Assembly: GCA_020635725.1 (NCBI GenBank)
Contig: JACJZF010000001.1
Span: 505,947-569,946 of the forward strand
Origin: Flavobacteriales bacterium
GTDB taxonomy: Bacteria; Bacteroidota; Bacteroidia; Flavobacteriales_F; PHOS-HE28
Direction of reading: 5' to 3'
DNA: 64,000 bases
The notes under the pieces: model-generated
The model's database searches: none
What the model saw: the letters and a program-made list of their open reading frames with translations, nothing else
Told to the model about the DNA's origin: nothing
In this document: positions 27,722-37,824 of the stretch, piece by piece
Layout of the letters: each line of letters starts with the position of its first letter
Position numbering within the stretch: position 1 is the stretch's first letter
Program-made: the position numbers and the translations under genes

Positions 27722-28435
27722 GTGATCGATACGCATGTCTTCGACCCTGTTGGCGGTGGCCTGATCCTGGTGGACAAGCCCCTCGGCTGGACCAGCTTCG
27801 ATGCGGTGAGCAAGATCCGCGGGGCGATGCGCAGCGTGGTGCAGCGCCGCAACTTCAAGGTGGGCCACGCCGGTACGCTCGATCCCTTGGCCAGCGGCCT
27901 GCTGATCATGGCCTACGGTCCGCGCACGAAGGAACTGCCGCACCTCACCGGGCTGGAGAAGACTTACACCGGCACGATTACGCTGGGCAGCACCACGCCG
28001 AGCTACGACCTCGAAACCACGCCGGAGCTTGCGGGCGAATGGGCGCATCTGAGCGAGACGGAGGTACGCGAAGCTTTCGCGCGTTTCATCGGCGAGGTGG
28101 ACCAGCGGCCGCCGCTCTATTCCGCGAAGCGCCACAAGGGTGAGCGCGGCTATCACCTAGCGCGAGAGGGGGCGCAGATCGAGATGCCGGCCGTCAAGGT
28201 GCTGATCACGAGCCTGGAGGTCACGGCCATCCGGGGAGCGGAGGTCGACTTCGAGGTGCACGTGAGCAAGGGCACCTATATCCGATCTCTGGCGCACGAT
28301 ATCGGCCAAGTGCTGGGCTGCGGGGCCCACCTGAGCGCCCTGCGGCGCACGGCCATCGGGCCCTACAGCGTGGCCGATGCGCATTTCCCGGTGGACTGGG
28401 CCCAGCACATCGCTCCGCTACCGGACCGCGATTGA
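27722..28435 (+). CDS. truB: tRNA pseudouridine(55) synthase
   Basis: LILVDKPLGWTSFDAV...GHAGTLDPLASGLLI. Confidence 0.85.
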   Translation: MIDTHVFDPVGGGLILVDKPLGWTSFDAVSKIRGAMRSVVQRRNFKVGHAGTLDPLASGLLIMAYGPRTKELPHLTGLEKTYTGTITLGSTTPSYDLETTPELAGEWAHLSETEVREAFARFIGEVDQRPPLYSAKRHKGERGYHLAREGAQIEMPAVKVLITSLEVTAIRGAEVDFEVHVSKGTYIRSLAHDIGQVLGCGAHLSALRRTAIGPYSVADAHFPVDWAQHIAPLPDRD

Positions 28436-28563
28436 GCCGGTGGGCCAACGGGAATCTCGCATACCAACGGGCTGATTCGCAAGTACTTTGACGCTGGCTT
28501 CACACTGCGCTTATATTCGGCCCCCCAAATATCGGCGTGGCCCCGTAAGACCACCACAACCCC

Positions 28564-29613
28564 ATGAAACTCAACGCGTTCAAGTTCAACCTCCCGAAGG
28601 AGCAGGTAGCCCTCTATCCCACCAAGGACCGCGACGGCAGCAAATTGATGGTGCTCCACAGCAAGGATGGGAAGATCGAGCACAAGAAGTTCAAGAACAT
28701 CCTGGACTACTTCGACGAGGGCGACACCTTCATCCTGAACAACACGAAGGTGTTCCCGGCGCGCATGTGGGGCAACAAGGAGAAGACCGGCGCCAAGATC
28801 GAGGTGTTCATGCTGCGCGAATTGAACCGCGACAGCCTCCTCTGGGACGTGATCGTGGACCCGGCCCGCAAGATCCGCATCGGCAACAAGCTCTATTTCG
28901 GCAAGGATGATGAACTCGTAGCTGAGGTGATCGACAACACCACCAGCCGCGGCCGCACGCTGCGCTTCCTCTTCGACGGCACCTACGACGAGTTCAAGCG
29001 CACCATCACCGAGATGGGCGAGACGCCGCTGCCGCGCTACATCCGTCGCGAGACCGAGGCGAGCGATGCCGAGCGCTACCAGACTATCTACGCCAAGCAT
29101 GAAGGCGCCGTGGCCGCACCGACCGCGGGCCTGCATTTCAGCCGTGAGCTCATGAAGCGCATGGAACTGAAGGGCATGAACTTCGCCGAGGTGACCCTGC
29201 ACGTGGGCCTGGGCAGCTTCCGCCCGGTGGAGGTGGAGGACCTCACCAAGCACAAGATGGACAGCGAGCAGGTGATCATCACCCGCGAGGCCTGCGACAT
29301 CGTGAACAAGGCGAAGGACACGAAGAAGCGCGTGTGCTGCGTGGGCACCACCACCATGCGCGCAATCGAGAGCAGCGTGAGCACCGAGAACCACATGAAG
29401 CCGCTGAACGGGTGGACGAACAAGTTCATCTTCCCGCCCTACGACTTCAGCATCGCTGATAGCATGATCACCAACTTCCACATGCCCGAGAGCACCTTGC
29501 TCATGCAGGTGGCGGCCTTCGGCGGCTACGACCACGTGTGGAACGCCTACAAGGTGGCCATCAAGGACAAGTACCGCTTCTTCAGTTACGGGGACGCGAT
29601 GTTGATCATCTGA
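28564..29613 (+). CDS. queA: S-adenosylmethionine:tRNA ribosyltransferase-isomerase
   Basis: [19 protein letters not shown]... full-length QueA. Confidence 0.9.
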   Translation: MKLNAFKFNLPKEQVALYPTKDRDGSKLMVLHSKDGKIEHKKFKNILDYFDEGDTFILNNTKVFPARMWGNKEKTGAKIEVFMLRELNRDSLLWDVIVDPARKIRIGNKLYFGKDDELVAEVIDNTTSRGRTLRFLFDGTYDEFKRTITEMGETPLPRYIRRETEASDAERYQTIYAKHEGAVAAPTAGLHFSRELMKRMELKGMNFAEVTLHVGLGSFRPVEVEDLTKHKMDSEQVIITREACDIVNKAKDTKKRVCCVGTTTMRAIESSVSTENHMKPLNGWTNKFIFPPYDFSIADSMITNFHMPESTLLMQVAAFGGYDHVWNAYKVAIKDKYRFFSYGDAMLII

Positions 29614-29635
29614 AGAAACCAGCCGCAGAGACGCT

Positions 29636-29674
29636 GAGGCGCAGAGTGGAGAAGCTCTGCGCCTCATTTCTTTG
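29636..29674 (+). terminator. Rho-independent terminator after queA
   Basis: 10-bp stem gaggcgcaga/tctgcgcctc with a 10-nt loop, followed by atttctttg. Confidence 0.55.
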
Positions 29675-29722
29675 TGGCGGATTCAGCATTCTCCGCGTCT
29701 CCGCGCCTCTGCGGCCAAACCC

Positions 29723-30391
29723 ATGCATCGCTCCACCATCATCGTCGCCGGAGGCTCCGGTAAGCGCCTGGGCGGACCGGTGCCCAAGCAGTTCCAGGCC
29801 GTCAAGGGACGTCCGTTGCTCATGTGGACGATCGAGGCCTTCCACCGCTTCGATCCCGAGTTGGCGCTCATCGTCGTGCTGCCCAAGGAGCACTTCGACA
29901 TCTGGCGAGCCCTCTGCCTCGGGCATCGCTTCTTCATCGAGCACGAGGTGGTCGCTGGCGGTGAGCAGCGCTGGCACAGCGTGAAGGCCGGTCTCGAGAA
30001 GGTCGAGGGCAACGGGCTGGTAGCCGTGCACGATGGTGTACGACCCTTGGTGAGCGCCAAGCTGATCGAACGGTGCTTCGCCGCTGCGGATGAGAAGGCC
30101 GCGGCCATCCCCGTGGTGCCGGTGGTGCCCAGCATCCGCGAGACCACGGCAGAGGGAAGCCGGGCGCTCGACCGCTCCAAGCTGCTCGCGGTGCAGACCC
30201 CGCAATGCTTCCACTCCGACCTGCTGCGCAAGGCCTTCGAACAGCCCTATGATGCGGCCTTCACCGATGAGGCTGCGCTCGTGGAACGCATGGGCGTAAA
30301 GGTGGCGCTGGTAGAGGGCGAGGAGAACAACATCAAGGTGACCACCGCGATGGACATGCGGCTGGTGGAGCTGGTGCTCGGCCCGGCCTAG
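29723..30391 (+). CDS. ispD: 2-C-methyl-D-erythritol 4-phosphate cytidylyltransferase
   Basis: MHRSTIIVAGGSGKRLGGPVPKQF... Start moved to the internal ATG at 29723. Confidence 0.8.
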   Translation: MHRSTIIVAGGSGKRLGGPVPKQFQAVKGRPLLMWTIEAFHRFDPELALIVVLPKEHFDIWRALCLGHRFFIEHEVVAGGEQRWHSVKAGLEKVEGNGLVAVHDGVRPLVSAKLIERCFAAADEKAAAIPVVPVVPSIRETTAEGSRALDRSKLLAVQTPQCFHSDLLRKAFEQPYDAAFTDEAALVERMGVKVALVEGEENNIKVTTAMDMRLVELVLGPA

Positions 30392-30410
30392 GCCTGCCTA
30401 TCTTTCGGGC

Positions 30411-30599
30411 ATGAAAGGCGTGAGCATCCTGTACGACGAGCGGCGTAAGAAGCGCATCGTGCAGATTGACATGGATGCCATCAGCAAAGAGCCTGAGGCC
30501 ATTGAGGACCTGATGGATGTATTGGTGGCGGAGAGCCGTCGCGGCGAGCCCACCATCAGCCTAGATGATTATCTCACGGCAAAGCAGCATAGGAAGTAG
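30411..30599 (+). CDS. Hypothetical 62-aa protein in a low-GC patch
   Basis: MKGVSILYDERRKKRIVQIDMDAISKEPEAIEDLMDVLVAESRRGEPTISLDDYLTAKQHRK. Local GC is about 52% against about 65% in the flanks. Confidence 0.3.
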   Translation: MKGVSILYDERRKKRIVQIDMDAISKEPEAIEDLMDVLVAESRRGEPTISLDDYLTAKQHRK

Positions 30600-30607
30600 A
30601 GACCCCC

Positions 30608-30826
30608 GTGCTGATTCAGAAGCTCGGCTCACCACTCTTTTTCATTGCGTTCGGGGCTTGGCAGGTTGTCGTATTCGCCTCGCTGCTCTTGCTCAACGGT
30701 TTCTGGACCACCGCCAAGGCGTTGGTGTTCTTTCCGTTTGTTGAATACCGTACAGGGTACGACCCATGCACAGTTGAGAATTGGAGGTGCAGAATTGAGC
30801 GCGGCACTTGGGAAGGGTGTTACTAA
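30608..30826 (+). CDS. Hypothetical 72-aa membrane peptide in the same low-GC patch
   Basis: One or two hydrophobic helices. ORF only. Confidence 0.2.
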   Translation: MLIQKLGSPLFFIAFGAWQVVVFASLLLLNGFWTTAKALVFFPFVEYRTGYDPCTVENWRCRIERGTWEGCY

Positions 30827-30850
30827 TGTGGGCTGACCGACCTTTGCATC

Positions 30851-31912
30851 GTGAACGCCCCCACCGACATCCGCTCCCTTTCCCTCGACGAGATCAAGTC
30901 CCTCGTCGCGGAGCTCGGTGAGAAGCCCTACCGCGCCAAGCAGCTCTGGGAATGGCTCTGGAAGAAGAAGGCCCGCTCCTTCGACGACATGAGCGACCTG
31001 CCCGAGGGGTTCCGAGCGGTGCTGGCGGAGCGCACGGTGCTGCGCCCGCTGGTGCTGGTGGAGGAGCAGCGCAGTCAGGATGGCACGGTGAAATGCGCCT
31101 TCAAGACGTACGACGGCCACGTGGTCGAGGGGGTTCTCATCCCCACGCCCACGCGACTCACCGCCTGCATCAGCAGCCAGATCGGATGCAGCCTCACGTG
31201 CAGCTTCTGCGCCACAGGCAAGCTCAAGCGCATCCGCAACCTCGATGCGGCCGAGATTGTGGACCAGGTGGTGCTCATCGACCAGCTCGCGCAGAAGTAC
31301 TACAAGCAGGGCCTGACGAACATCGTGTACATGGGCATGGGCGAGCCGCTGCTCAACTACGCCAACACCCTGCGCAGCGCGGAACGCATCATGGCGGAGG
31401 ATGGGCTCGGCATGGGCGCACGGCGCATCACCGTGAGCACGGCGGGCATCGCCAAGATGATCCGCAAGCTGGCCGATGACGGCGCGCGTTTCAACCTCGC
31501 GCTATCGCTCCATGCCGCGAACGACGCCAAGCGCGACCGCATCATGCCCATCAACGAGCAGAACTCGCTCACGGAACTGAAGGACGCGCTGCGCTACTAC
31601 ACGCGCACCACGGGCAAGGATGTCACCTTCGAGTACATCCTGCTGCGCGGCTTCAACGACTCGCTGGCCGATGCGCAGGAACTCGTCCGCTACGCGAGCG
31701 ACGTGCACGCCAAGGTGAACCTCATCGAATACAACCCGATCGATGGGGGCGAGTTCGGCCGCACCGACAGCAAGGATGCCGAGGCCTTTCAGCAATACCT
31801 GGACAAGAAGGGCATCATGGCGCGCATCCGCCGGAGCCGTGGCCGCGATATCGATGCGGCATGCGGGCAGCTCGCCAACAAGAACAAGGCGGTTGCGAAG
31901 GCCGGGGGTTGA
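30851..31912 (+). CDS. rlmN: 23S rRNA/tRNA (adenine-C2)-methyltransferase, radical SAM
   Basis: GTG start. CISSQIGCSLTCSFCATG radical-SAM cluster. MGMGEPLLN. Confidence 0.85.
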   Translation: MNAPTDIRSLSLDEIKSLVAELGEKPYRAKQLWEWLWKKKARSFDDMSDLPEGFRAVLAERTVLRPLVLVEEQRSQDGTVKCAFKTYDGHVVEGVLIPTPTRLTACISSQIGCSLTCSFCATGKLKRIRNLDAAEIVDQVVLIDQLAQKYYKQGLTNIVYMGMGEPLLNYANTLRSAERIMAEDGLGMGARRITVSTAGIAKMIRKLADDGARFNLALSLHAANDAKRDRIMPINEQNSLTELKDALRYYTRTTGKDVTFEYILLRGFNDSLADAQELVRYASDVHAKVNLIEYNPIDGGEFGRTDSKDAEAFQQYLDKKGIMARIRRSRGRDIDAACGQLANKNKAVAKAGG

Positions 31913-32024
31913 GGGTTGCCAAGGTTGGGAGCTGAACGTTGTTGACGTTGCGGGTGGTGAATTCAACCTTCAACCACTAGGACGTGGCCCGTGCGTCGGA
32001 ACAACCTCCAATTCGCTTTCCTAC

Positions 32025-32741
32025 TCAGAACCCCACCCCGAACTTCACCCCGAGGAAGAACGCCGGCACGTTGTCGGTGATCTCGTCAATGGTGTAGGTG
32101 TACTGGTCGGTGGTCAGGTCGAGGCGCTCGTTCACGATCACCATGTTGCGGTTACGGAAGCCAACGCCGCCATAGAAATCGAGCATCCAGTTGCTGCTGT
32201 AGCTAAGCGTCTGGTAGCCGAAGAGCACGCGCAGATCGTTATAGGTCCGCTCATCTCGGAACCGTAGCTCGGTGAAGCTGCCATCGGACTGCCGCTCCCG
32301 GATGTCCATGGAGTACACCAGATGCCCCCAGGTCGGCTGCACGTAGGGTCCTTGCGGTTCTAAGTCGTCGTTCAGGTAGAAGCGGGCCGCCATGTGGTAG
32401 CTCAGGTTCGGGATGATCTCCGTGCCCGCGCCGAAGTCATCGGCGTTGGGGTGGTCACCGGCGAAGGAGAGCGCGAGGTAGTTGCGCAAGGTGACACCAA
32501 GGCCCACCTCCAGGCTCAATCGCGGCGTCAATGCCCGCTCGTAATAGATCGGGAGCTCCCCCCGGAAGAAGAGCAGCGGGTTGATCTTGAAGAGGTTCTT
32601 CACCACATCCACCGTGTCGAACTGCTGCGCCAGCTTCTCGCGGTACAGCACCACGCGCGCCTTGCCGGGCTGCTGTTTCTTCTCCTGGGCGGCCAACGGC
32701 AGGGCGAGCGCCAGCAGCAGAGCGATGGAAAGAAGGCGCAT
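32025..32741 (-). CDS. Outer-membrane beta-barrel protein (hypothetical)
   Basis: Signal peptide. Alternating amphipathic strands. C-terminal F. Confidence 0.45.
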   Translation of the reverse strand: MRLLSIALLLALALPLAAQEKKQQPGKARVVLYREKLAQQFDTVDVVKNLFKINPLLFFRGELPIYYERALTPRLSLEVGLGVTLRNYLALSFAGDHPNADDFGAGTEIIPNLSYHMAARFYLNDDLEPQGPYVQPTWGHLVYSMDIRERQSDGSFTELRFRDERTYNDLRVLFGYQTLSYSSNWMLDFYGGVGFRNRNMVIVNERLDLTTDQYTYTIDEITDNVPAFFLGVKFGVGF

Positions 32742-33184
32742 GGGGGCGAATAGGGAGGAAAGGTAGTCGCGAGGGCCGCTTCTTCATGGACGAGCGCCGC
32801 AGGCCGGGGTTGTCCGTTCCGCGCGATGCTTATGACCCGGGTTGTCTCCTGCCGTCAGAGGAAAGAAAGGTCAGCAGGAAGAGGGAAATGGATATCCGAG
32901 GTCTCTCGGGCTGGCTTCGATGATTCAGGTTCAGCGTGCGGTGGGCGTCCACGATCCGCGCGGGACAGGCGGTCGGCGTGCCGGTGCGTAGAGCTTGCGC
33001 GGTAGACGAGCCGCCTGGACTTGGTTAGCCTGCCCCGGCCTACGAGCCGGGGTGGTCGCCTTTTGGCTCCACCTTTTGGCGAAGCAAAAGGTGGAAAGAG
33101 CTATTTGGATTTCCTGTCGCTTCCGCCACGTTCCGGAGTAACGATTCATGAGCCGCGCGCCGGCGTTGACCATCTTTGCCCGCC

Positions 33185-34159
33185 ATGGTCACCATCGAGC
33201 AGGTGCAGCAGCCCATCGCCGAGGAGCTGAAAGCCTTCGAGCCACGCTTCCGCGAGGCCATGCGCAGCCGTGCCGCCCTGCTCGACCGCATCATGCATTA
33301 CATCGTGAAGCGCAAGGGCAAGCAGATGCGGCCCATGTTTACGCTGCTCAGCGCACGGCTATTCGGCCCGGTGAACGAGGGCGCCTTCACCGCCGCGAGC
33401 CTCATCGAACTGCTGCATACCGCCACGCTGGTACACGACGATGTGGTCGATGGCAGTCCCATGCGACGTGGCTTCTTCAGCATCAACGCCCTCTGGAAGA
33501 ACAAGATCGCCGTGCTCGTGGGCGACTACCTCCTGAGCCGTGGCCTGCTGCTGGCAGTGGACAAGCAGGAGTTCGAGCTGCTGCGCATCGTGAGCCGCGC
33601 CGTGCGTGAGATGAGCGAGGGCGAGCTGCTGCAGCTGGAGAAGACACGCGGCCTCAACTTCAGCGAGGAGGTGTACTTCGACATCATCCGCCAGAAGACC
33701 GCGAGCCTCATCGCCGCGTGCTGTGCCAGCGGGGCCAGCGCGGCCGGGCAGGACGCCGATACCGTCGAGCGCATGCGTCGCTTCGGCGAGCTGGTCGGCA
33801 TCGCCTTCCAGATCAAGGACGATCTCTTCGACTACGGCACCGGCGAGGGCATCGGCAAGCCCAGTGGACTCGACATCAAGGAGAAGAAGCTCACGCTCCC
33901 GCTCATCCACGCGCTGCAACAGGTGCCCAAGAGCGATCGGCGCTGGATGGTGGATGTGGTGAAGAACAAGAACGAGAACGGCAAGGAGGTGGCGCGCGTG
34001 ATCGAACGCGTGGTGCAGGCCGGCGGCATCGACCATGCCCGCAAGCGCATGCATGAGTACCGCGACGAGGCCATCGCCATGCTGCATGCATTCCCGCGGA
34101 ATGAGGCGCGCGATGCGCTGGAGGGCCTGGTGCAGCTCACTGTGGAACGAACGAAATAG
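33185..34159 (+). CDS. Polyprenyl (octaprenyl/solanesyl-type) diphosphate synthase
   Basis: LVHDDVVDG (first DDxxD) and IAFQIKDDLFDY (second). Start moved to the ATG at 33185. Confidence 0.8.
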   Translation: MVTIEQVQQPIAEELKAFEPRFREAMRSRAALLDRIMHYIVKRKGKQMRPMFTLLSARLFGPVNEGAFTAASLIELLHTATLVHDDVVDGSPMRRGFFSINALWKNKIAVLVGDYLLSRGLLLAVDKQEFELLRIVSRAVREMSEGELLQLEKTRGLNFSEEVYFDIIRQKTASLIAACCASGASAAGQDADTVERMRRFGELVGIAFQIKDDLFDYGTGEGIGKPSGLDIKEKKLTLPLIHALQQVPKSDRRWMVDVVKNKNENGKEVARVIERVVQAGGIDHARKRMHEYRDEAIAMLHAFPRNEARDALEGLVQLTVERTK

Positions 34160-34165
34160 AGGACC

Positions 34166-34588
34166 ATGAGGATCGCTATTTGCATCATGATCGCCGCGTT
34201 GGCGGCTGGCTGCGGTTCACCGGAGGTGACGGATCCTGCCCAACCTTCACCGGCTGCGAAGGATAGCGCGGCCGCGCCTCCCGCGCAGACAGAAGGGCAT
34301 CAGGTGATCGGCACGAGGGATGGCGGGCGCATGGAGGGGTTCCTCCGCGACGGCAAACGCGATGGGCCGTGGGTCTCCTACTTCGCCCATGGCGGCGTGC
34401 GCAGCAGAATCAGCTATGTCGATGGCGTGGAGGAGGGCTCCACGGAGGTTTATCAGGAGAATGGCATGACCTATTACACCGGGCAGTACCGGAAGGGAGC
34501 TACAGTCGGCGAGTGGATCTTCTACGACCCGCAGGGCAAGGAGCTGAAGCGCGTGGTGTACGACAGCCTCGGCGCCGTGATCAAGTAG
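34166..34588 (+). CDS. Lipoprotein with MORN-variant repeats (YwqK-like)
   Basis: Lipobox AAGC. Repeats of the G.W..Y..G type. Confidence 0.5.
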   Translation: MRIAICIMIAALAAGCGSPEVTDPAQPSPAAKDSAAAPPAQTEGHQVIGTRDGGRMEGFLRDGKRDGPWVSYFAHGGVRSRISYVDGVEEGSTEVYQENGMTYYTGQYRKGATVGEWIFYDPQGKELKRVVYDSLGAVIK

Positions 34589-34962
34589 CCTGTTGGCTTG
34601 GTGTTGATGCTGGAGTAGTGCAAGGCGGCACACGTGCGCGGCCGGAATTGTTGAAAGCGGCTGATAACCTGTCGAGTGCGCGGAATCCGTTGATGGGCGC
34701 GGCTTTCCGTGGCGCTTTTTCAACAGGTCCCTGCGCTTCCGGAATTCCTTGAACACCTCCGGCCAGGCCGACGGCCCCGTGTAATTTCACGGCCCTTTTC
34801 AGCATTCGGCTCCAACCCGAACGGTCATTGCGGGTCAAGAACCAACCAGCAATTTTCCACAACGGAACCCCTGCAACTCTCAACCCCCAACCTCCCAACC
34901 CCTCAACCTCCAACCCTCCCCCCTTGATCTCTCCCTCCGCCATCCAACAAGTGAAGGACGCC

Positions 34963-36876
34963 ATGCGCGTAGAGGAGGTCGTGGGCGATTTCGTCGCGCT
35001 CAAGCGGAAGGGCCCGCGCTACTTGGGGCTGTGTCCTTTCCACAACGAGAAGACACCCAGCTTCAACGTCAGTCCTAACCTCGGCATCTTCAAATGCTTC
35101 GGTTGCGGAAAGGCGGGCGACTCCATCACCTTCCTTCAGGAGCATGAGCACCTGAGCTATGTCGAGGCGATCCGGTGGCTCGCCAAGCGTTACCAGATCG
35201 AGCTTCCGGAGGAGGAGCAGACGCCGGAGCAGGCGCTGGAACAGAGCGAGCGCGAGAGCCTCGCTGTGGCGCAGCAATGGGCCATGAACTGGAGCATCGA
35301 GCAGCTCTGGAACACCGATGAGGGCAAGCGCATAGGCCTCTCGTACTTCCACGAGCGCGGCTTCACCGATGCCACCATCAAGGCCTTCCAACTGGGCTAT
35401 GTACCGGAGCAGGGCAATGCCTTCGCCATCGCCGCGCAGGCCAATGGCTTCAATCCGGAGATCCTGGAGAAGGCCGGCTGGATCAAGCGGCGCGAGGACG
35501 GCACGGCGTGGGACTTCTTCGCGGGCCGCGTCACCTTTCCGGTTTTCGGACTAAGCGGCCAACCTATCGCGTTCGGCGCGCGCACGCTCAAGAGCGACAA
35601 GAAACTCCCCAAGTACTTCAACTCGCCGGAGAGCGTCCTCTACGTCAAGAGCCGCTCGCTCTACGGCATCTACCACGCGAAGAAATCCATCGTCGAGCAG
35701 CAGCTCTGCTACCTCGTCGAGGGCTACACCGATGTGATCTCGTTGCATCAGGCGGGCATCACCAACGTGGTGGCCAGCAGCGGCACCAGCCTCACCGAGG
35801 ACCAGGTGCGGCTGATCAAGCGGTACGCGCCCACGGTGTGCATCCTCTACGATGGCGATGCGGCCGGCATGAAGGCCAGTTTGCGCGGCATCGACCTCGT
35901 CCTGAAGGAGGGCCTCAACGTCAAGGTAGTCACCTTCCCCGAGGGCGAGGACCCCGACAGCTTCGCCAAGAGCCACAGCAGCTCCGAGGTGAACGACCAC
36001 CTCACCCGCAGCGCGCAGGATTTCCTCGTCTTCAAGGCCGGCCTGCTCACCCAGGATGTCGGCGACGACCCGCTGAAGAAGGCGGCGGCCATCCACGACA
36101 TCGTCGAGAGCATCGCGCTCGTGCCCGATCAGGTGCTGCGCTCGCTCTACATCCAGCAATGCGCGCGCCTGCTCACCGTGAACGAGCAGGCCCTCATCAG
36201 CGAGATGAACAAAGTGCTGCGCCGGCAGTACCGCAAGCAAGTCGGCGGCGAACAGCCCGTTCCGGAGGAAGTCATCCCCGAGGCGATCGCGCCGCCGCAG
36301 CCCGTCATCGAGGACCTCGGCACCACGCCACAGGAAGCGAACATGCTGCGCATGCTCGTGGCCTACGGGCACAAGCGCGTCATGGTGCCGCTCGAGTCGG
36401 AGGATGGGGGCGAGGCCGAAGAAGAAGAGGCCAGCCTGGCCGAGCTCATGTTCGAGCTGCTCGCGCTGGATGACATCATGTTCGACGATCCGCTCTTCCG
36501 CGCCATCTACCTCGACTACCGCCACACCAGCAACATGGGCGAAGCGGTCGACACCGCGCGCTACGTGCAGCACGAGCAGGAGGAATGGCGGCAGCTCGCC
36601 ATCGGCATGCTCACCGAGAAGCACACGCTCAGCCCCAACTGGAAGGAACGCCACAAGATCCACGTGAAGCATGAGAGCGACCAGCTCTACGATGCCCTGC
36701 AGGAGGCCGTGGACATCCTCAAGGAACGCCGCGTCGACGTCATGGTGCGCGACCGCCAGGAGCAGCTCAAGACCGCCGATGACGAGTCGATGATGATCCT
36801 CCTCGCCGAGATCAAGGCCCTCAACGAGGTGAAGTGGAAGCTGGCGAAAAGGACGGGAAGGGTGGTGGTGGGCTGA
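34963..36876 (+). CDS. dnaG: DNA primase
   Basis: CHC2 zinc finger CPFHNEKTPSFNVSPNLGIFKCFGCGKAGD. TOPRIM region EGYTDVISLHQAG. Start set at the ATG at 34963. Confidence 0.85.
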   Translation: MRVEEVVGDFVALKRKGPRYLGLCPFHNEKTPSFNVSPNLGIFKCFGCGKAGDSITFLQEHEHLSYVEAIRWLAKRYQIELPEEEQTPEQALEQSERESLAVAQQWAMNWSIEQLWNTDEGKRIGLSYFHERGFTDATIKAFQLGYVPEQGNAFAIAAQANGFNPEILEKAGWIKRREDGTAWDFFAGRVTFPVFGLSGQPIAFGARTLKSDKKLPKYFNSPESVLYVKSRSLYGIYHAKKSIVEQQLCYLVEGYTDVISLHQAGITNVVASSGTSLTEDQVRLIKRYAPTVCILYDGDAAGMKASLRGIDLVLKEGLNVKVVTFPEGEDPDSFAKSHSSSEVNDHLTRSAQDFLVFKAGLLTQDVGDDPLKKAAAIHDIVESIALVPDQVLRSLYIQQCARLLTVNEQALISEMNKVLRRQYRKQVGGEQPVPEEVIPEAIAPPQPVIEDLGTTPQEANMLRMLVAYGHKRVMVPLESEDGGEAEEEEASLAELMFELLALDDIMFDDPLFRAIYLDYRHTSNMGEAVDTARYVQHEQEEWRQLAIGMLTEKHTLSPNWKERHKIHVKHESDQLYDALQEAVDILKERRVDVMVRDRQEQLKTADDESMMILLAEIKALNEVKWKLAKRTGRVVVG

Positions 36877-36891
36877 TCCTACCTTCGCCCC

Positions 36892-37824
36892 ATGGCCCAC
36901 GACCATCCCGGTCACGCCCACTCTGCGGGCCACGCCCAGCACGAGCATGCGCATGGCCAGGCCAGCGCCACCAGCGCCCGGGCCTTGAGCCTGGCCTTCT
37001 TCGTGAACCTCGCCTTCACGCTGGTGGAGGCCGTCGGTGGCTGGTGGACGGACAGCATCGCCGTGCTCACCGATGCCGTGCATGACGGGGGCGACTGCCT
37101 GGTGCTCGGCACGGCGTGGTACCTCCAGCGCGTGGCCATGAAGGGGCGCGATGCCGACTACAGTTATGGTTACGGACGGTATAGCATGCTGGGCGGCTGG
37201 CTCACCAGCGTGGTGCTCATCGTGGGCGCGGTCTTCATGCTGGTGGTGAGCGTGCCGCGCCTCTGGGCGCCCGAGCTGCCTGATGCGGAGGGCATGATCC
37301 TCATCGCTGTCTTCGGTTTGGTGATGAATGGCTTCGCCGCATGGCGCTTGCACGCGGGCGCCAGCCTGAACGAGCGCGGTGCCTATCTGCATCTGCTGGA
37401 GGATGTGCTGGGCTGGGCCGCGGTGCTCGTCGGCGGCATCGTCATCCGCTACACGGGCTGGGCCGCGGTGGATGCCCTGCTGAGCATCGGCATCAGCCTG
37501 TTCATCCTGTACAATGCGGTGGGCACCTGGCGACGCGGCACCGGCATCCTCATGCAGCAGACGCCGCATGGCATCGACATGCAGGCCGTGCGCGGAAGAC
37601 TCATGGCCATACCGCACGTGGTGGACCTGCATGATCAGCATACCTGGACCCTGGATGGCAGCTTCATGATCCACACGGTGCACATCGTGGTTGCTGATGT
37701 GGGCCACAAGGAAGCTTTGGCGATCAAGTCACGCGCGCGGCAGGAATTGGGCGCCCTCGGCATCCAGCACGCCACCATCGAACTGGAGTGGGAGGGCGAG
37801 CCCTGTGAGCTTCAGCACCACTGA
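36892..37824 (+). CDS. Cation diffusion facilitator transporter
   Basis: His-rich N-terminus. SLAFFVNLAFTLVEAVGGWWTDSIAVLTDAVHD. Confidence 0.8.
   Translation: MAHDHPGHAHSAGHAQHEHAHGQASATSARALSLAFFVNLAFTLVEAVGGWWTDSIAVLTDAVHDGGDCLVLGTAWYLQRVAMKGRDADYSYGYGRYSMLGGWLTSVVLIVGAVFMLVVSVPRLWAPELPDAEGMILIAVFGLVMNGFAAWRLHAGASLNERGAYLHLLEDVLGWAAVLVGGIVIRYTGWAAVDALLSIGISLFILYNAVGTWRRGTGILMQQTPHGIDMQAVRGRLMAIPHVVDLHDQHTWTLDGSFMIHTVHIVVADVGHKEALAIKSRARQELGALGIQHATIELEWEGEPCELQHH

Noticed and set aside
32742-33175. RNase P RNA, SRP RNA or tmRNA in the long intergenic region
   Set aside because: The conserved cores are absent (AGGAAAGUCCGGGCUC for RNase P, the GGAAGCAGCC domain-IV loop for SRP, a tRNA-like 3' end for tmRNA). 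It is kept only as an unassigned structured region.
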